A DNA stretch of 64,000 nt from an uncultured Chloroflexia bacterium. GTDB lineage: Bacteria; Chloroflexota; Limnocylindria; Limnocylindrales; CSP1-4. Numbering within the stretch: the first letter of the stretch is position 1; the number at the start of each line of letters is the position of its first letter. Location of the stretch: contig CAVRGP010000013.1 of the NCBI GenBank assembly GCA_963720755.1, positions 160,001-224,000 on the forward strand, written 5' to 3'. A program made the position numbers and the translations under genes. The notes below the pieces were generated by a model. That model was given only the letters and a program-made list of their open reading frames with translations, had not been told where the DNA came from and did not search any database. Shown piece by piece: positions 9,917 to 19,169 of the stretch.

Positions 9917-12076
9917 CTACTGTACCGCTTGCGTTCCCGGGGTGGCGGACTCGCTGGCCGGTGCGACTGCCGCCGCTGGCGTCGGGATGGACCCGGCCGG
10001 CTTGCCGAGCTGGATCCCGATCGCATCGAGCCATCGCCGGATGTTCCGGTAGATGGCCGGAGCGCCGAGCGGGACCTCCTCGTCGAGTTCCCACTCGACC
10101 GGATGGAGGATGAACGGCTCGGTCTGCGGGCCGCCGAGGCCGCCATGCGAGCCGATCAGTTCCTCGAACGCGGCGACCTCGCCCATCTCCGGATCGTACT
10201 GGCTGATGAGCAGGAGGTCCGGCGCGTTGACCATGGCGTCCTCTCGCCGCAGGCTCATCACGGTATGCGGCCCGAAGATCGTCGTCGGGTCCTCGCCCTC
10301 GACCCGATCCTGGTCGAGGAACCGAGTGCCCTTCGGCCCGAACACGACGGCGCCGAACTCGCTCGAGCGGACCATCAGCATCCCCACGCCAGGGTGGGCC
10401 GCGACGGCCGCGACGAGGCCGGGGTGAAGCTCCTCGAGTTCTTCCACGGTGAGCCGGTGATCGTGACCGGTGAACCAGACGAGTCCGAGGTTCCCGGAAC
10501 CGACGACCGCGATGGACGACGCATCGGCGACGGGCGGCTCCGCCTCGGAATCGAGATCGACGATGCCGTCGGTGGTCTTCCCCTTGAGGGCCGCTCGCGC
10601 GACCGTCGGCCCGACGCCCTGGCTCTTGGTGATCTCCGACAGGAACGAATTCACGAAGACCGACCCCTCGGCCTTCGTCGCGGTCTGGATCACGGTGGCG
10701 CGTCCGCTCATGAGACTGCGGACGAACTCGCCCAGACTGACCCCGTAGCGCTGGAGGAAGGTGGCGCCAAGGCTCTGGCCGTGGTCGGACAGGACGATGA
10801 ACTTGTACGGCCGCGGCGCCTCGGCGGCTGCCTTGACCAACGTCTCGACTGCCCGGTCGACACCGTCGAGCGCCTCGAACGACTCGACCCGCTCCGGGCC
10901 GCAGTGGTGGGCCAGTTCGTCGTAGTCGGTGAAGTCCGCATAGATGACGTTCGCGCCCCGGTACATCTCCTCGATGATCAGCGACGTGTTGACGTCGCGG
11001 AGGATCACGTTGCTGGCGGCGCGCATCCCGGCGTACTTGAGTCCCCGGTGCATCTGCGGGCGGACACCGGCCCGGCGGGTGCGACGCGCCTGGATCATCT
11101 CCTTGATGAACTCGCCGAGGAAGAGCGTGAACGAGCGCAGGTACCCGCTCGGGCTGAAGAAGAAGCTCAGGAAGGCCTGGCTGTCGCCGATCCCTCCGCC
11201 CTCCGCCTTGATCGACGCGGTCGTCAGGTACGACCGTGTCGCATCGCCGGTCATGAGGTTGCAGATGCTCGCGCCGTTGTTCGACAGCAGCCCCTGACCA
11301 TTGCTGATCCGCGACACGATGAGCGCGGCGTCCGCCGGATTGCTCGACGCCATGAGGTGCTCGCGGTCACGCTCGTACCAGCGGAAAGCCGGGATCCCGT
11401 CGTTGTTGCCGTGCAGGATGCCAGCCTGGCTGGCCGAGGTCATCGACGGCAGGATCGCCTCCCAACGCGACAGCTTGTGGCTGCCGTCGCGGACCCAGCT
11501 GGCCAGGGTGTTGACGGAGCCGGCACGCATCCTTCCGGCCAGGATCGGATGGGCCAGGCCGTCGATCTGGAGGATGACGAGTCCGGGCTTGTCGCTGCGC
11601 GCCGCGGCGCGTTTGACCATCAAGCGCTGGACCAGCAGGCCGTAATAGGAGCCGCCACTGTCGATTCCGAGGATGGCCGTCAGGATCGTATTGACGATCG
11701 CATAGATGAATGAGGCGATCAGCGCGGTCGTGAACCCGTCGACATGGATCCCGGGTGCCCACTGGGCGACGACCAGGAACGCCGCGATCTGCAGCACCAG
11801 GACGAGGATCGCCGTGAGGACGAGCGAGATGGACGCGGCGAAGGTGAGGATCACCGGGCGGACCGCCGCCTGGAACAGGGCGATCAGGACGACCGCGACG
11901 ACGGCGTCGAGCGCACGATCCACCGTCAACCGGGGCATGAGCCAGGCGGTGACGAGGAATGAGATCGTGGCGACCACGAGGGTGACGGCCAGGCGCTTGA
12001 GCAGCGCCACGCGTCCGCCGCGCCATTCCCACAGCACGCGCAACTGCGTTTCGTAGAAGCCGAGCAGTCGGCCCAT
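9917..12076 (-). CDS. Fusion of a 4-TM holin-like (Phage_holin_4_2) domain and an alkaline-phosphatase-superfamily nucleotide pyrophosphatase/phosphodiesterase
   Basis: N-terminal 4 TM segments ending PGIHVDGFTTAL; catalytic motifs QIDGL, SMTSASQ, DYDELAHH, LSDHGQ, GSHGGLGG; GGAGG RBS before the ATG at 12076. Confidence 0.85.
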   Translation of the reverse strand: MGRLLGFYETQLRVLWEWRGGRVALLKRLAVTLVVATISFLVTAWLMPRLTVDRALDAVVAVVLIALFQAAVRPVILTFAASISLVLTAILVLVLQIAAFLVVAQWAPGIHVDGFTTALIASFIYAIVNTILTAILGIDSGGSYYGLLVQRLMVKRAAARSDKPGLVILQIDGLAHPILAGRMRAGSVNTLASWVRDGSHKLSRWEAILPSMTSASQAGILHGNNDGIPAFRWYERDREHLMASSNPADAALIVSRISNGQGLLSNNGASICNLMTGDATRSYLTTASIKAEGGGIGDSQAFLSFFFSPSGYLRSFTLFLGEFIKEMIQARRTRRAGVRPQMHRGLKYAGMRAASNVILRDVNTSLIIEEMYRGANVIYADFTDYDELAHHCGPERVESFEALDGVDRAVETLVKAAAEAPRPYKFIVLSDHGQSLGATFLQRYGVSLGEFVRSLMSGRATVIQTATKAEGSVFVNSFLSEITKSQGVGPTVARAALKGKTTDGIVDLDSEAEPPVADASSIAVVGSGNLGLVWFTGHDHRLTVEELEELHPGLVAAVAAHPGVGMLMVRSSEFGAVVFGPKGTRFLDQDRVEGEDPTTIFGPHTVMSLRREDAMVNAPDLLLISQYDPEMGEVAAFEELIGSHGGLGGPQTEPFILHPVEWELDEEVPLGAPAIYRNIRRWLDAIGIQLGKPAGSIPTPAAAVAPASESATPGTQAVQ

Positions 12077-12266
12077 CGTCGGTGGATCCTCCCTCGATCT
12101 CGGGCGTGCAGCCCGTCTTGATGTGCACAGCATAGGGCGCGGTGCGGCGGTACGATGGACGCTCCGTCGCTACCCGATCGCATCCCCGCAGGCGACTCAC
12201 GCCGCGCCGATCGGGTCGACAGCACGCGACCAGCCGCGCGCATGGCCGCACACAGGAGGCACACCG

Positions 12267-12890
12267 ATGTCCGAAGAGACCAAGGCTGCAAGCACGACTG
12301 ACGACACAGTCGTCGTCAGCGGCGTCGTCGCCGACGAGGCAGGGATCATCGCCGAAGGGGCCATCGCGGTCGAGGGCGACCATGCGCTGGTCGTGGCCCG
12401 GTTCGCGGATACGACCTCAGCGAGGGCCGTCTATGACGACCTGCTGTCGGCCGAGCTCGACGGGTCGCTCCACATCGATGGCGTGCTCGTCGTCAAGGCA
12501 GACGACGGAGGGCGCCTGCACGTCGAGAAGATGACGGACCACAGCACCCGGACCGGCCTGAAGTGGGGCGTCGTCGGCGGCGTCGTCGCGGCCGTGTTCC
12601 TGCCGGCCACGATCATCGCCGGTGCCGTGACCCTCGGCGTTGCGGGCGCCGCCGCCGGCAAGGCCCGGAACCTGGCGCGACGGCTTGAGGTCGAGAAGGG
12701 CCTGGCCGACGTCATCACGCCGGGAACATCCGGGATCCTGGCCATGGTGACCGCGAGCGATGCCCCGGCGGTCGCAGCCAAGATGCCCGGCGCCGAGGAA
12801 GTCAAGACCGTCAAGGTCGACGATGAGACCGCGACCGCCGTGAAGGAAGCCGCGACCGAAGCCGAGGCCGTGACCCCATCGGGTAGCTGA
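12267..12890 (+). CDS. DUF1269 domain membrane protein with a glycine-zipper-like segment
   Basis: IDGVLVVKADDGGRLHV, GVVGGVVAAVF...AGAAAG, ITPGTSGILAMV; AGGAGG RBS. Confidence 0.75.
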   Translation: MSEETKAASTTDDTVVVSGVVADEAGIIAEGAIAVEGDHALVVARFADTTSARAVYDDLLSAELDGSLHIDGVLVVKADDGGRLHVEKMTDHSTRTGLKWGVVGGVVAAVFLPATIIAGAVTLGVAGAAAGKARNLARRLEVEKGLADVITPGTSGILAMVTASDAPAVAAKMPGAEEVKTVKVDDETATAVKEAATEAEAVTPSGS

Positions 12891-12896
12891 CGGATG

Positions 12897-12943
12897 GCGC
12901 CGGGCTGGCTCCTCGGGCCTGGCCCCCGGGGTCGGCCCGGCGC
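12897..12943 (+). terminator. GC-rich hairpin downstream of the DUF1269 gene
   Basis: GCGCCGGGCTGGCTCC ... GGGGTCGGCCCGGCGC long stem with G-U pairs. Confidence 0.5.
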
Positions 12944-12960
12944 TCACCACCTGGCGGTCG

Positions 12961-13003
12961 TTGACGCGCGCCCGGTTAATCCCGATAATCTAACTCGGAA
13001 TTA
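12961..13003 (+). promoter_or_regulatory. Sigma70-type promoter of sufB with an overlapping Rrf2/IscR-like operator
   Basis: TTGACG (12961)-17 bp-GATAAT (12984); AT-rich palindrome TAATCCCGA-N9-TCGGAATTA (12977-13003). Confidence 0.75.
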
Positions 13004-13066
13004 GATGCGTTCGAGAACGAGCGCCGCGGGGCCCGCCAGCCCCGCCCGATCACGACCGGAGACCTG

Positions 13067-14470
13067 ATGTCAGCCACTCGCGAGATCGTCACCGACCAGC
13101 GCGACCAATTCGCCTTCCACGACGATATCGCCTACCTCGCCCAGACGAAGCGGGGTCTGACGCGGGCCACGGTCGAGGAGATCAGTGGCTTCAAGAACGA
13201 GCCGGACTGGATGCTCCAGTACCGCCTCCGCGCCTACGAACATTTCCTGAAGCGACCCCTGCCGACCTGGACCGACGGGCTGGACAAGATCGACTTCGAC
13301 AAGATCGTCTACTACCGCAAGCCGTCCGAGCGTGAGGAGCGGTCGTGGGATGACGTCCCGGAGCAGATCAAGGCGACCTTCGAGAAGCTGGGTATCCCGG
13401 AGGCGGAGCGCAAGTTCCTGGCCGGTGTCGGCGCCCAGTACGACAGCGAGGTCGTCTACCACTCGGTCAAGGAAGAGCTCTCCAAGCTCGGGGTCGTGTT
13501 CATGGGCACGGACCAGGCGCTGATCGAGTACCCGGAGATCTTCCGGAAGCACTTCGGCACGGTGGTGCCGGCCGAGGACAACAAGTTCTCCGCGCTCAAT
13601 GCCGCGGTCTGGTCGGGCGGCTCGTTCGTGTACGTGCCCAAGGGCGTCGAGGTCCCGCTCCCGTTGCAGGCGTACTTCCGGATCAACGGCGAGAACACCG
13701 GCCAGTTCGAGCGGACGCTGATCGTGGTCGACGAAGGGGCCAAGGTCCACTACATCGAGGGCTGCACCGCCCCGATCTACGCCACCGAGTCGCTCCATGT
13801 CGCCGTCGTCGAGGTCGTCGCCCTGCCGGGTTCCAAGGTCCGGTACACGACCATCCAGAACTGGTCGAACGATGTCTACAACCTGGTGACCAAGCGGGCG
13901 CACGCGTACGAGAACTCGACGGTCGAATGGATCGACGCCAATACGGGCTCGCGCAAGACGGTGAAGTTTCCCGCGATCTACCTGCGCGGGGAAGGCGCGA
14001 CGGCCGACATCATCAGCGTCGCGGTCGCCGGCAAGGGACAACACCAGGACACTGGCGCCAAGGCGATCCACCTCGCCCCGAACACGCGGTCGCGGATCGT
14101 CAGCAAGTCCGTGTCCAAGGACGGTGGCCGAGCGACCTACCGCGGGCATCTCAAGGTGTCGCCGGGGGCGACCAACGCAGTGGCCAGCGTTCGCTGCGAT
14201 GCCCTGATGATGGACGACATCAGCCGGAGCGACACCTACCCGTACATCGATATCCAGGAAGACGACACCTCGATGACCCACGAGGCGACCGTCGGCAAGG
14301 TGAGTGCGGACCAGGTCTTCTACCTGATGAGTCGTGGTCTGACCGAGAACGAGGCGACCAATCTCATCGTCCAGGGCTTCCTCGAGGTCTTCACCAAGGA
14401 ACTGCCGATGGAGTACGCCATCGAGTTCAACCGCCTCGTCAAACTCGAGATGGAGGGGTCGCTCGGATGA
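13067..14470 (+). CDS. sufB: Fe-S cluster assembly protein SufB
   Basis: LGIPEAERKFLAGVGAQYDSE, GQFERTLI, HYIEGCTAP, HEATVGKVS, ELPMEYAIE. Confidence 0.97.
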   Translation: MSATREIVTDQRDQFAFHDDIAYLAQTKRGLTRATVEEISGFKNEPDWMLQYRLRAYEHFLKRPLPTWTDGLDKIDFDKIVYYRKPSEREERSWDDVPEQIKATFEKLGIPEAERKFLAGVGAQYDSEVVYHSVKEELSKLGVVFMGTDQALIEYPEIFRKHFGTVVPAEDNKFSALNAAVWSGGSFVYVPKGVEVPLPLQAYFRINGENTGQFERTLIVVDEGAKVHYIEGCTAPIYATESLHVAVVEVVALPGSKVRYTTIQNWSNDVYNLVTKRAHAYENSTVEWIDANTGSRKTVKFPAIYLRGEGATADIISVAVAGKGQHQDTGAKAIHLAPNTRSRIVSKSVSKDGGRATYRGHLKVSPGATNAVASVRCDALMMDDISRSDTYPYIDIQEDDTSMTHEATVGKVSADQVFYLMSRGLTENEATNLIVQGFLEVFTKELPMEYAIEFNRLVKLEMEGSLG

Positions 14471-15852
14471 CGGTCGCGTCACCGCGGCCTAGATCGGGAC
14501 GCGCTGCCCACCAGCGGCCGACCGACTTCACCCTCAAGGTCGACGGATCCGATGTCGAGGCCGTCGCACCGCTCGACGGTGACCCTGAGTGGCTCCGAGC
14601 CGACCGCCGGGCGGCCCATACCGCGTTCGAGGCCCTGCCACCCGAGTCCAACCTCCTGTACACCACGTACATCGACCTCCGCACCGCCCAGCTGGCCGAC
14701 GCGCGGATCACCACATCTGTCCGATCGCAGCCTGCGCCGATCGACCTGCCCGACGGGACCGATGGCCTTCTCCTCGTCGACGAGGGTGACCTCGTGGGCA
14801 CTGCCCTCTCGGAGGACGCGCGGTCGGCCGGTGTCGAACTCACCACGATCGCCGACCTGGCCAAGCGTCGGCCGGAACGGGTGCGCGAGCTCATCGACGG
14901 CGGCTCGACGCTCCCGGCAGATGATCGCTTCGCTCAGCTGACCCGGGCCCTCTGGACCCAGGGCCTCGTGGTGGACGTCCCGGCCGGGGTACGTCTCGCC
15001 CGCCCGATCATCGTCCGCTGGAAGGCGGGTGCCAGCGGTCGGGCCCTCCTGACGCGAACCTTCGTGTCGCTCGGTGACGGCGCAGCGGCAACGATCCTCG
15101 AGGAACTCGTCGGCTCGGAGGCGGCTCGGCCGGACAGTGGCCCATCGTTCCTCGCCGGGACGCTCGAGGTGCGGCTCGGCCGCGACGCGCAGCTATCCCT
15201 GGCAAGCCTCCAGGAGTTGCCGGTCACGACCGTCGCCATCCAGCATCGGAGCGCGATCGTCGGTGAGGCGGCGACCCTCCACTGGGCGCTTGCCCAACTC
15301 GGCTCCAGACTCGTTCGCAGCCGGGTCGACAATCGCCTCGAAGGCGACCGCAGCTCGGTCGAGCAGGTCGAGATCGTGTTCGGCGGTGGCGACCAGCTGT
15401 TCGACCTGACGTCCTACACGCACCACCTGGGTCGGGATACGACGGGCAACCTGCTGTCGAAGGGCGCCCTGCTCGATCGGGCTCGGTCGTTCATGAAGGG
15501 CATGATCGTCATCGACCGGTCGGCGGTCGGCACGGACAGCTTCCTCGGTGAATTCGGGATGAACCTCTCGAAGGCCACTCGCTCGGTCGCGATCCCGAGC
15601 CTCGAGATCGACCAGCCCGATTGTCGACGCGCGATGCACGCGAGCTCCGTCGGCCCGATCGACGAGACCCAGGTCTTCTACCTCGAGAGCCGGGGGATCC
15701 CTCGTGACGAGGCACGCAAGTTCATCGTCCTCGGCTTCCTCGAGCCGGTCGTCGCGCGGGTCCCGGTCGCCGACGCCCAGGAGCGGCTGCGCGACCTGCT
15801 CGAAGCCAGGTGGGACGCCAGCGCCGGTGGCGGGCCCGACGCCGCCGCGTGA
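14467..15852 (+). CDS. sufD: Fe-S cluster assembly protein SufD
   Basis: ATGA overlap with sufB; PSLEID...HASSVGPIDETQVFYLESRGI...IVLGFLEPV. Confidence 0.9.
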   Translation: MTVASPRPRSGRAAHQRPTDFTLKVDGSDVEAVAPLDGDPEWLRADRRAAHTAFEALPPESNLLYTTYIDLRTAQLADARITTSVRSQPAPIDLPDGTDGLLLVDEGDLVGTALSEDARSAGVELTTIADLAKRRPERVRELIDGGSTLPADDRFAQLTRALWTQGLVVDVPAGVRLARPIIVRWKAGASGRALLTRTFVSLGDGAAATILEELVGSEAARPDSGPSFLAGTLEVRLGRDAQLSLASLQELPVTTVAIQHRSAIVGEAATLHWALAQLGSRLVRSRVDNRLEGDRSSVEQVEIVFGGGDQLFDLTSYTHHLGRDTTGNLLSKGALLDRARSFMKGMIVIDRSAVGTDSFLGEFGMNLSKATRSVAIPSLEIDQPDCRRAMHASSVGPIDETQVFYLESRGIPRDEARKFIVLGFLEPVVARVPVADAQERLRDLLEARWDASAGGGPDAAA

Positions 15853-16184
15853 GACGGATCGACCTGCTGGGGGTCGACGAGGTCCCCCTCGGCACGATGA
15901 AGATGGCCTGGGTGGATGGCACCGACCAGGTCCTCGTGGTCAACTCGAACGGTGATCTGGCCGCCGTGCAGGGGATCTGCAGCCACGAATACTCGGAGCT
16001 CGACCGGGGCTTCCTGACGGCCGGGACCCTCACCTGCGCACTGCACCTGTCGCGGTTCGACCTTGACAACGGCGAGCCACTCGACCCTCCGGCCGAGCTC
16101 CCGCTGGCCGTCTACGACGTCGTGATCGAGGGCGACCGGATCCTCATCGAGGTCCCGGACGGTCCGCTCGAAGTCAACGATTGA
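15849..16184 (+). CDS. Rieske [2Fe-2S] ferredoxin
   Basis: CSH...CALHLSRFDL Rieske ligands; GTGA overlap with sufD. Confidence 0.9.
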   Translation: MRRIDLLGVDEVPLGTMKMAWVDGTDQVLVVNSNGDLAAVQGICSHEYSELDRGFLTAGTLTCALHLSRFDLDNGEPLDPPAELPLAVYDVVIEGDRILIEVPDGPLEVND

Positions 16185-16230
16185 CCAGGGACGCGACGCT
16201 ACCCGGCGCCCCGACGCGGAGGGTTGACCC

Positions 16231-17238
16231 TCAGCTCGCGAGAAGTGTCCCGAGCCCCAACGTCTCGGCCCGGCGGAGGATCGCCGCCCCGAAGATGACG
16301 TCGGCCAACCCGACGCCGAGAGCCGTCACAACGACCCGGCCACGGTCGGGTCGCTGCGTCCCGGCGATCAGCGCCTCGCCGAGAGTCGCGGTCGGGTCCG
16401 GGTAGCCCTCGAACAGGCCGGCTGCCCGGTTCGCCTCGAATTGGCGCGCCTCGTCCACGAGGAAGAGGCTCGCCCCGCGGGCCACGTCGGCACTGCAATA
16501 GGTCGCGTAATCGACCGGTACGACCAATGCCTCGCTGGTCAGCCAGTCTTCGGTCATGACCTGGCGGGTCGGTCCGAACGAGGCCGCGGTCACGACCACA
16601 TCGGCCCCTGCCACGGCGATCCGAGCGTCCGACGCGACCGACACACTGCCGATGCCCTCGGTGGCTCGCGCCTCCGCCGCCAGCGCACCGGCTCTCTCCG
16701 GGTGCCGGTCGAACAGGGTCACGTCCACGCCCGGCAGCGTATGGGCAAGCACGGCAACGTGGCTGCGTCCCTGGACGCCCGCGCCGATCATGGCCACGCG
16801 CGATCGGCGGCCCGAGACCCTGGGAGCGAAGTGGCGGATCGCGACCCCCGAAACGGCGGCCGTCCGTTGGGCCGTGATCGGACCTCCGTCGAGGATCGCC
16901 ATCGGCACACCCGTGGAGGCGTCATTCAGGATGACGACCGCGTTGACGGCAGGCAAGCCGATGGCGTTGTTGGTCGCGTAGCCGGCGACCCACTTCATCC
17001 CCACCAGGTCATCCCGACCCGACGCATCCGCGCCGCGAAGGTGCGCCGGCATCGCATGGGCGAACGAACCGTCCGGTCGTGGATGGACACCGATCTTGGC
17101 CGGTAGTTCCGCCCCGCTCGCGAGTGCCGTCATCGTCCGCTCGGCGAGCGTCAGACGTTCACCGATATCGGGCATCGCCGCCAGGACATCGGCCGCGGTG
17201 AGGTACCGGATGGGCGGCGCCGTCGGTCGATCTGGCAC
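16231..17238 (-). CDS. Ornithine cyclodeaminase / mu-crystallin family protein
   Basis: HAMPA, GMKWVAG, ITAQRTAAVSG, Rossmann IGAGVQG, GVGLAD. Confidence 0.9.
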   Translation of the reverse strand: MPDRPTAPPIRYLTAADVLAAMPDIGERLTLAERTMTALASGAELPAKIGVHPRPDGSFAHAMPAHLRGADASGRDDLVGMKWVAGYATNNAIGLPAVNAVVILNDASTGVPMAILDGGPITAQRTAAVSGVAIRHFAPRVSGRRSRVAMIGAGVQGRSHVAVLAHTLPGVDVTLFDRHPERAGALAAEARATEGIGSVSVASDARIAVAGADVVVTAASFGPTRQVMTEDWLTSEALVVPVDYATYCSADVARGASLFLVDEARQFEANRAAGLFEGYPDPTATLGEALIAGTQRPDRGRVVVTALGVGLADVIFGAAILRRAETLGLGTLLAS

Positions 17239-17279
17239 CCAGCGAGTCTACCCGCGGGCGATGACCTACGATGCATCGC

Positions 17280-18461
17280 GTGGCGCCCATGGACATCGAC
17301 CAAAGCCTCGACAACCTCAAGCTGGAACGTGACGCGATCGTCCTGTACGACGCCTTGTCGACGATGGAACGCGATCCGCATCGAGCGGAGGCATTCAAGC
17401 GGATCGCCGCCAACGAACGCCGGCATGCCGACATCTGGGCGGGCAAGCTGCGCGAGCTCGGTGCGGACGTGCCGGCACCCGGCCGGGCGCGCCTGCAGGT
17501 CCGACTGATCATCCTGGCGGCTCGCGTGCTCGGTACGGCCGCGGTGGCAGAGATGGTGAAGTCCCTGGAAGGCGACGAGGAGGCAACGTACGAATCGCAG
17601 GGCGGCTCGCCGGAGATCGCTGCGATCGCGGCCGACGAGCGGGAGCATGCGGTCATCTGGGACCGTCTCAAGGCCGGCGAGCAACTCGACGAGATGGATG
17701 CGCGCGGTCGCGATGGCGTCGCGGCCGCTCGTCGCGCCTCGAGCGCGGCCGAGGTGGGCAGCAGCGAATCGTGGCATCGGACCGGGTCGCGGTCCGGCAC
17801 GCTGCGAGCGATCATCTTCGGCGTCAGCGACGGGCTCGTGAGCAACCTCTCCCTGGTCATGGGCGTCGCCGGCGCCGCCTCCGACAAACCCGGGTTCGTC
17901 CTCCTCGCGGGTGTCGCCGGCCTCCTCGCCGGAGCGTTCAGCATGGCGGCCGGCGAATACATCTCGATGCAGAGTCAGCGCGAGTTGTTCGAGCGCCAGA
18001 TCGCCCTTGAGCGCGCGGAGATGGAGGCGATGCCCGAGGAAGAGGAGGCAGAGCTCGCGGCCGCATATCGGGCCAAAGGGTTTGCCCAGGACGAGGCGGC
18101 CCGGATCGCCCACCACATCTTCCAGGACCCGGAGACGGCACTCGACACGCTTGTCCGTGAGGAACTCGGTCTCGATCCCGACGAACTCGGCTCACCGTGG
18201 GCCGCAGCGGGTGGGTCGTTCGTCGCGTTCGCGATCGGGGCGATCATCCCGGTCATCCCATTCCTGTTCGGCAGTGGCACCGCCGTTCTGCTGGTCAGCC
18301 TCGGGCTGAGTCTCATCGCCCTCTTCGCGGTCGGTGCCGCGGTGAGCTTGCTGACCGGTCGCGGGATGCTGTTCTCCGGCGCCCGGCAACTCGGGATCGG
18401 GCTGGCGGCGGCGCTCGTTACCTACGCGATCGGGTCCATCCTCGGCGTGGCGGCCGGCTGA
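17280..18461 (+). CDS. VIT1/CCC1 family iron transporter with an N-terminal rubrerythrin/ferritin-like domain
   Basis: ExxH motifs NERRH and DEREH; LRAIIFGVSDGLVSN and GAFSMAAGEYISM; start either GTG 17280 (leaderless) or ATG 17289. Confidence 0.9.
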   Translation: MAPMDIDQSLDNLKLERDAIVLYDALSTMERDPHRAEAFKRIAANERRHADIWAGKLRELGADVPAPGRARLQVRLIILAARVLGTAAVAEMVKSLEGDEEATYESQGGSPEIAAIAADEREHAVIWDRLKAGEQLDEMDARGRDGVAAARRASSAAEVGSSESWHRTGSRSGTLRAIIFGVSDGLVSNLSLVMGVAGAASDKPGFVLLAGVAGLLAGAFSMAAGEYISMQSQRELFERQIALERAEMEAMPEEEEAELAAAYRAKGFAQDEAARIAHHIFQDPETALDTLVREELGLDPDELGSPWAAAGGSFVAFAIGAIIPVIPFLFGSGTAVLLVSLGLSLIALFAVGAAVSLLTGRGMLFSGARQLGIGLAAALVTYAIGSILGVAAG

Positions 18462-18464
18462 GCC

Positions 18465-18770
18465 ATGTCGGATGTGCTCGGTCGGCTCCACGCGGAGGGC
18501 CTCGACCCGACCAGTTGGTCGAACGGTCCGGGGGACCGCTATCCGGGCCACGACCACGCCTATGACAAGGTCATCGTGGTCGATCGCGGATCGATCACCT
18601 TCGGAACCCCGGACGGGCCATTGGATCTTGCCGTCGGTGACCGCCTCGACCTTCCGGCCGGGACACGTCACGACGCCGTCGTCGGTGCCGCCGGAGTCGT
18701 CTGCCTGGAGGCGCACCGGCCACCCGGGACCCTGTCCGGGGCGGCGGTCCGGCGTGCCGGCACGTGGTGA
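18465..18770 (+). CDS. Cupin domain protein
   Basis: YPGHDH...G-SITF...GDRLDLPAGTRH cupin motifs. Confidence 0.8.
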   Translation: MSDVLGRLHAEGLDPTSWSNGPGDRYPGHDHAYDKVIVVDRGSITFGTPDGPLDLAVGDRLDLPAGTRHDAVVGAAGVVCLEAHRPPGTLSGAAVRRAGTW

Positions 18771-18798
18771 GCGCTCGGACCGACCCGGATCTCGAGGC

Positions 18799-19128
18799 TC
18801 AGCCTCCGTCCGCGTCGGCCAGTCCTGCGTCCTCGGCCCGGTTCGTCTGGCCGCTCGGGTCAGCCGCGTCGGGTGGGTCGGCCACGGGATCGGGCGGGAC
18901 GGCGTCCAGATAGGCGCGGTGCATGATCAGGAGGCGCTCGGCCGCCTCCGGACTGACGTCATAGCCATCCTCGGCCAGCGTCGCTGACAGCCACAGCGCC
19001 TCGCGGGGTCGCTCGAATGCATCGACGTCCGCTTCGCGGCGGCGCGAATCGATGATCACCATCCAGACGAGCCCGGCCCCGACGACCAGCCCGACGATGA
19101 GCAGCCAGACATTGAACTCGGCATTCAT
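18799..19128 (-). CDS. Hypothetical protein with a single N-terminal TM helix
   Basis: WLLIVGLVVGAGLVWMVII TM segment; coding-like composition; TATACT upstream. Confidence 0.65.
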   Translation of the reverse strand: MNAEFNVWLLIVGLVVGAGLVWMVIIDSRRREADVDAFERPREALWLSATLAEDGYDVSPEAAERLLIMHRAYLDAVPPDPVADPPDAADPSGQTNRAEDAGLADADGG

Positions 19129-19169
19129 CCGGGGCGAAGTATACGGACGATCGCCGCTACACTCCCGGG

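Noticed and set aside
8765-11713. 982-aa plus-strand ORF
   Set aside because: Antisense shadow of the PLD and holin-phosphodiesterase genes; no motifs; expected at this GC content.
9917-12076. Prophage suggested by the holin-like domain
   Set aside because: No endolysin, integrase or structural genes; the domain is fused to a phosphodiesterase.
13927-14466. Long N-terminal extensions in the ORF track (sufD; also 26962-28539, 34757-35929, 41077-42618, 50605-51867, 56151-57218)
   Set aside because: They overlap other genes; downstream starts have RBS, coupling or leaderless promoter support.
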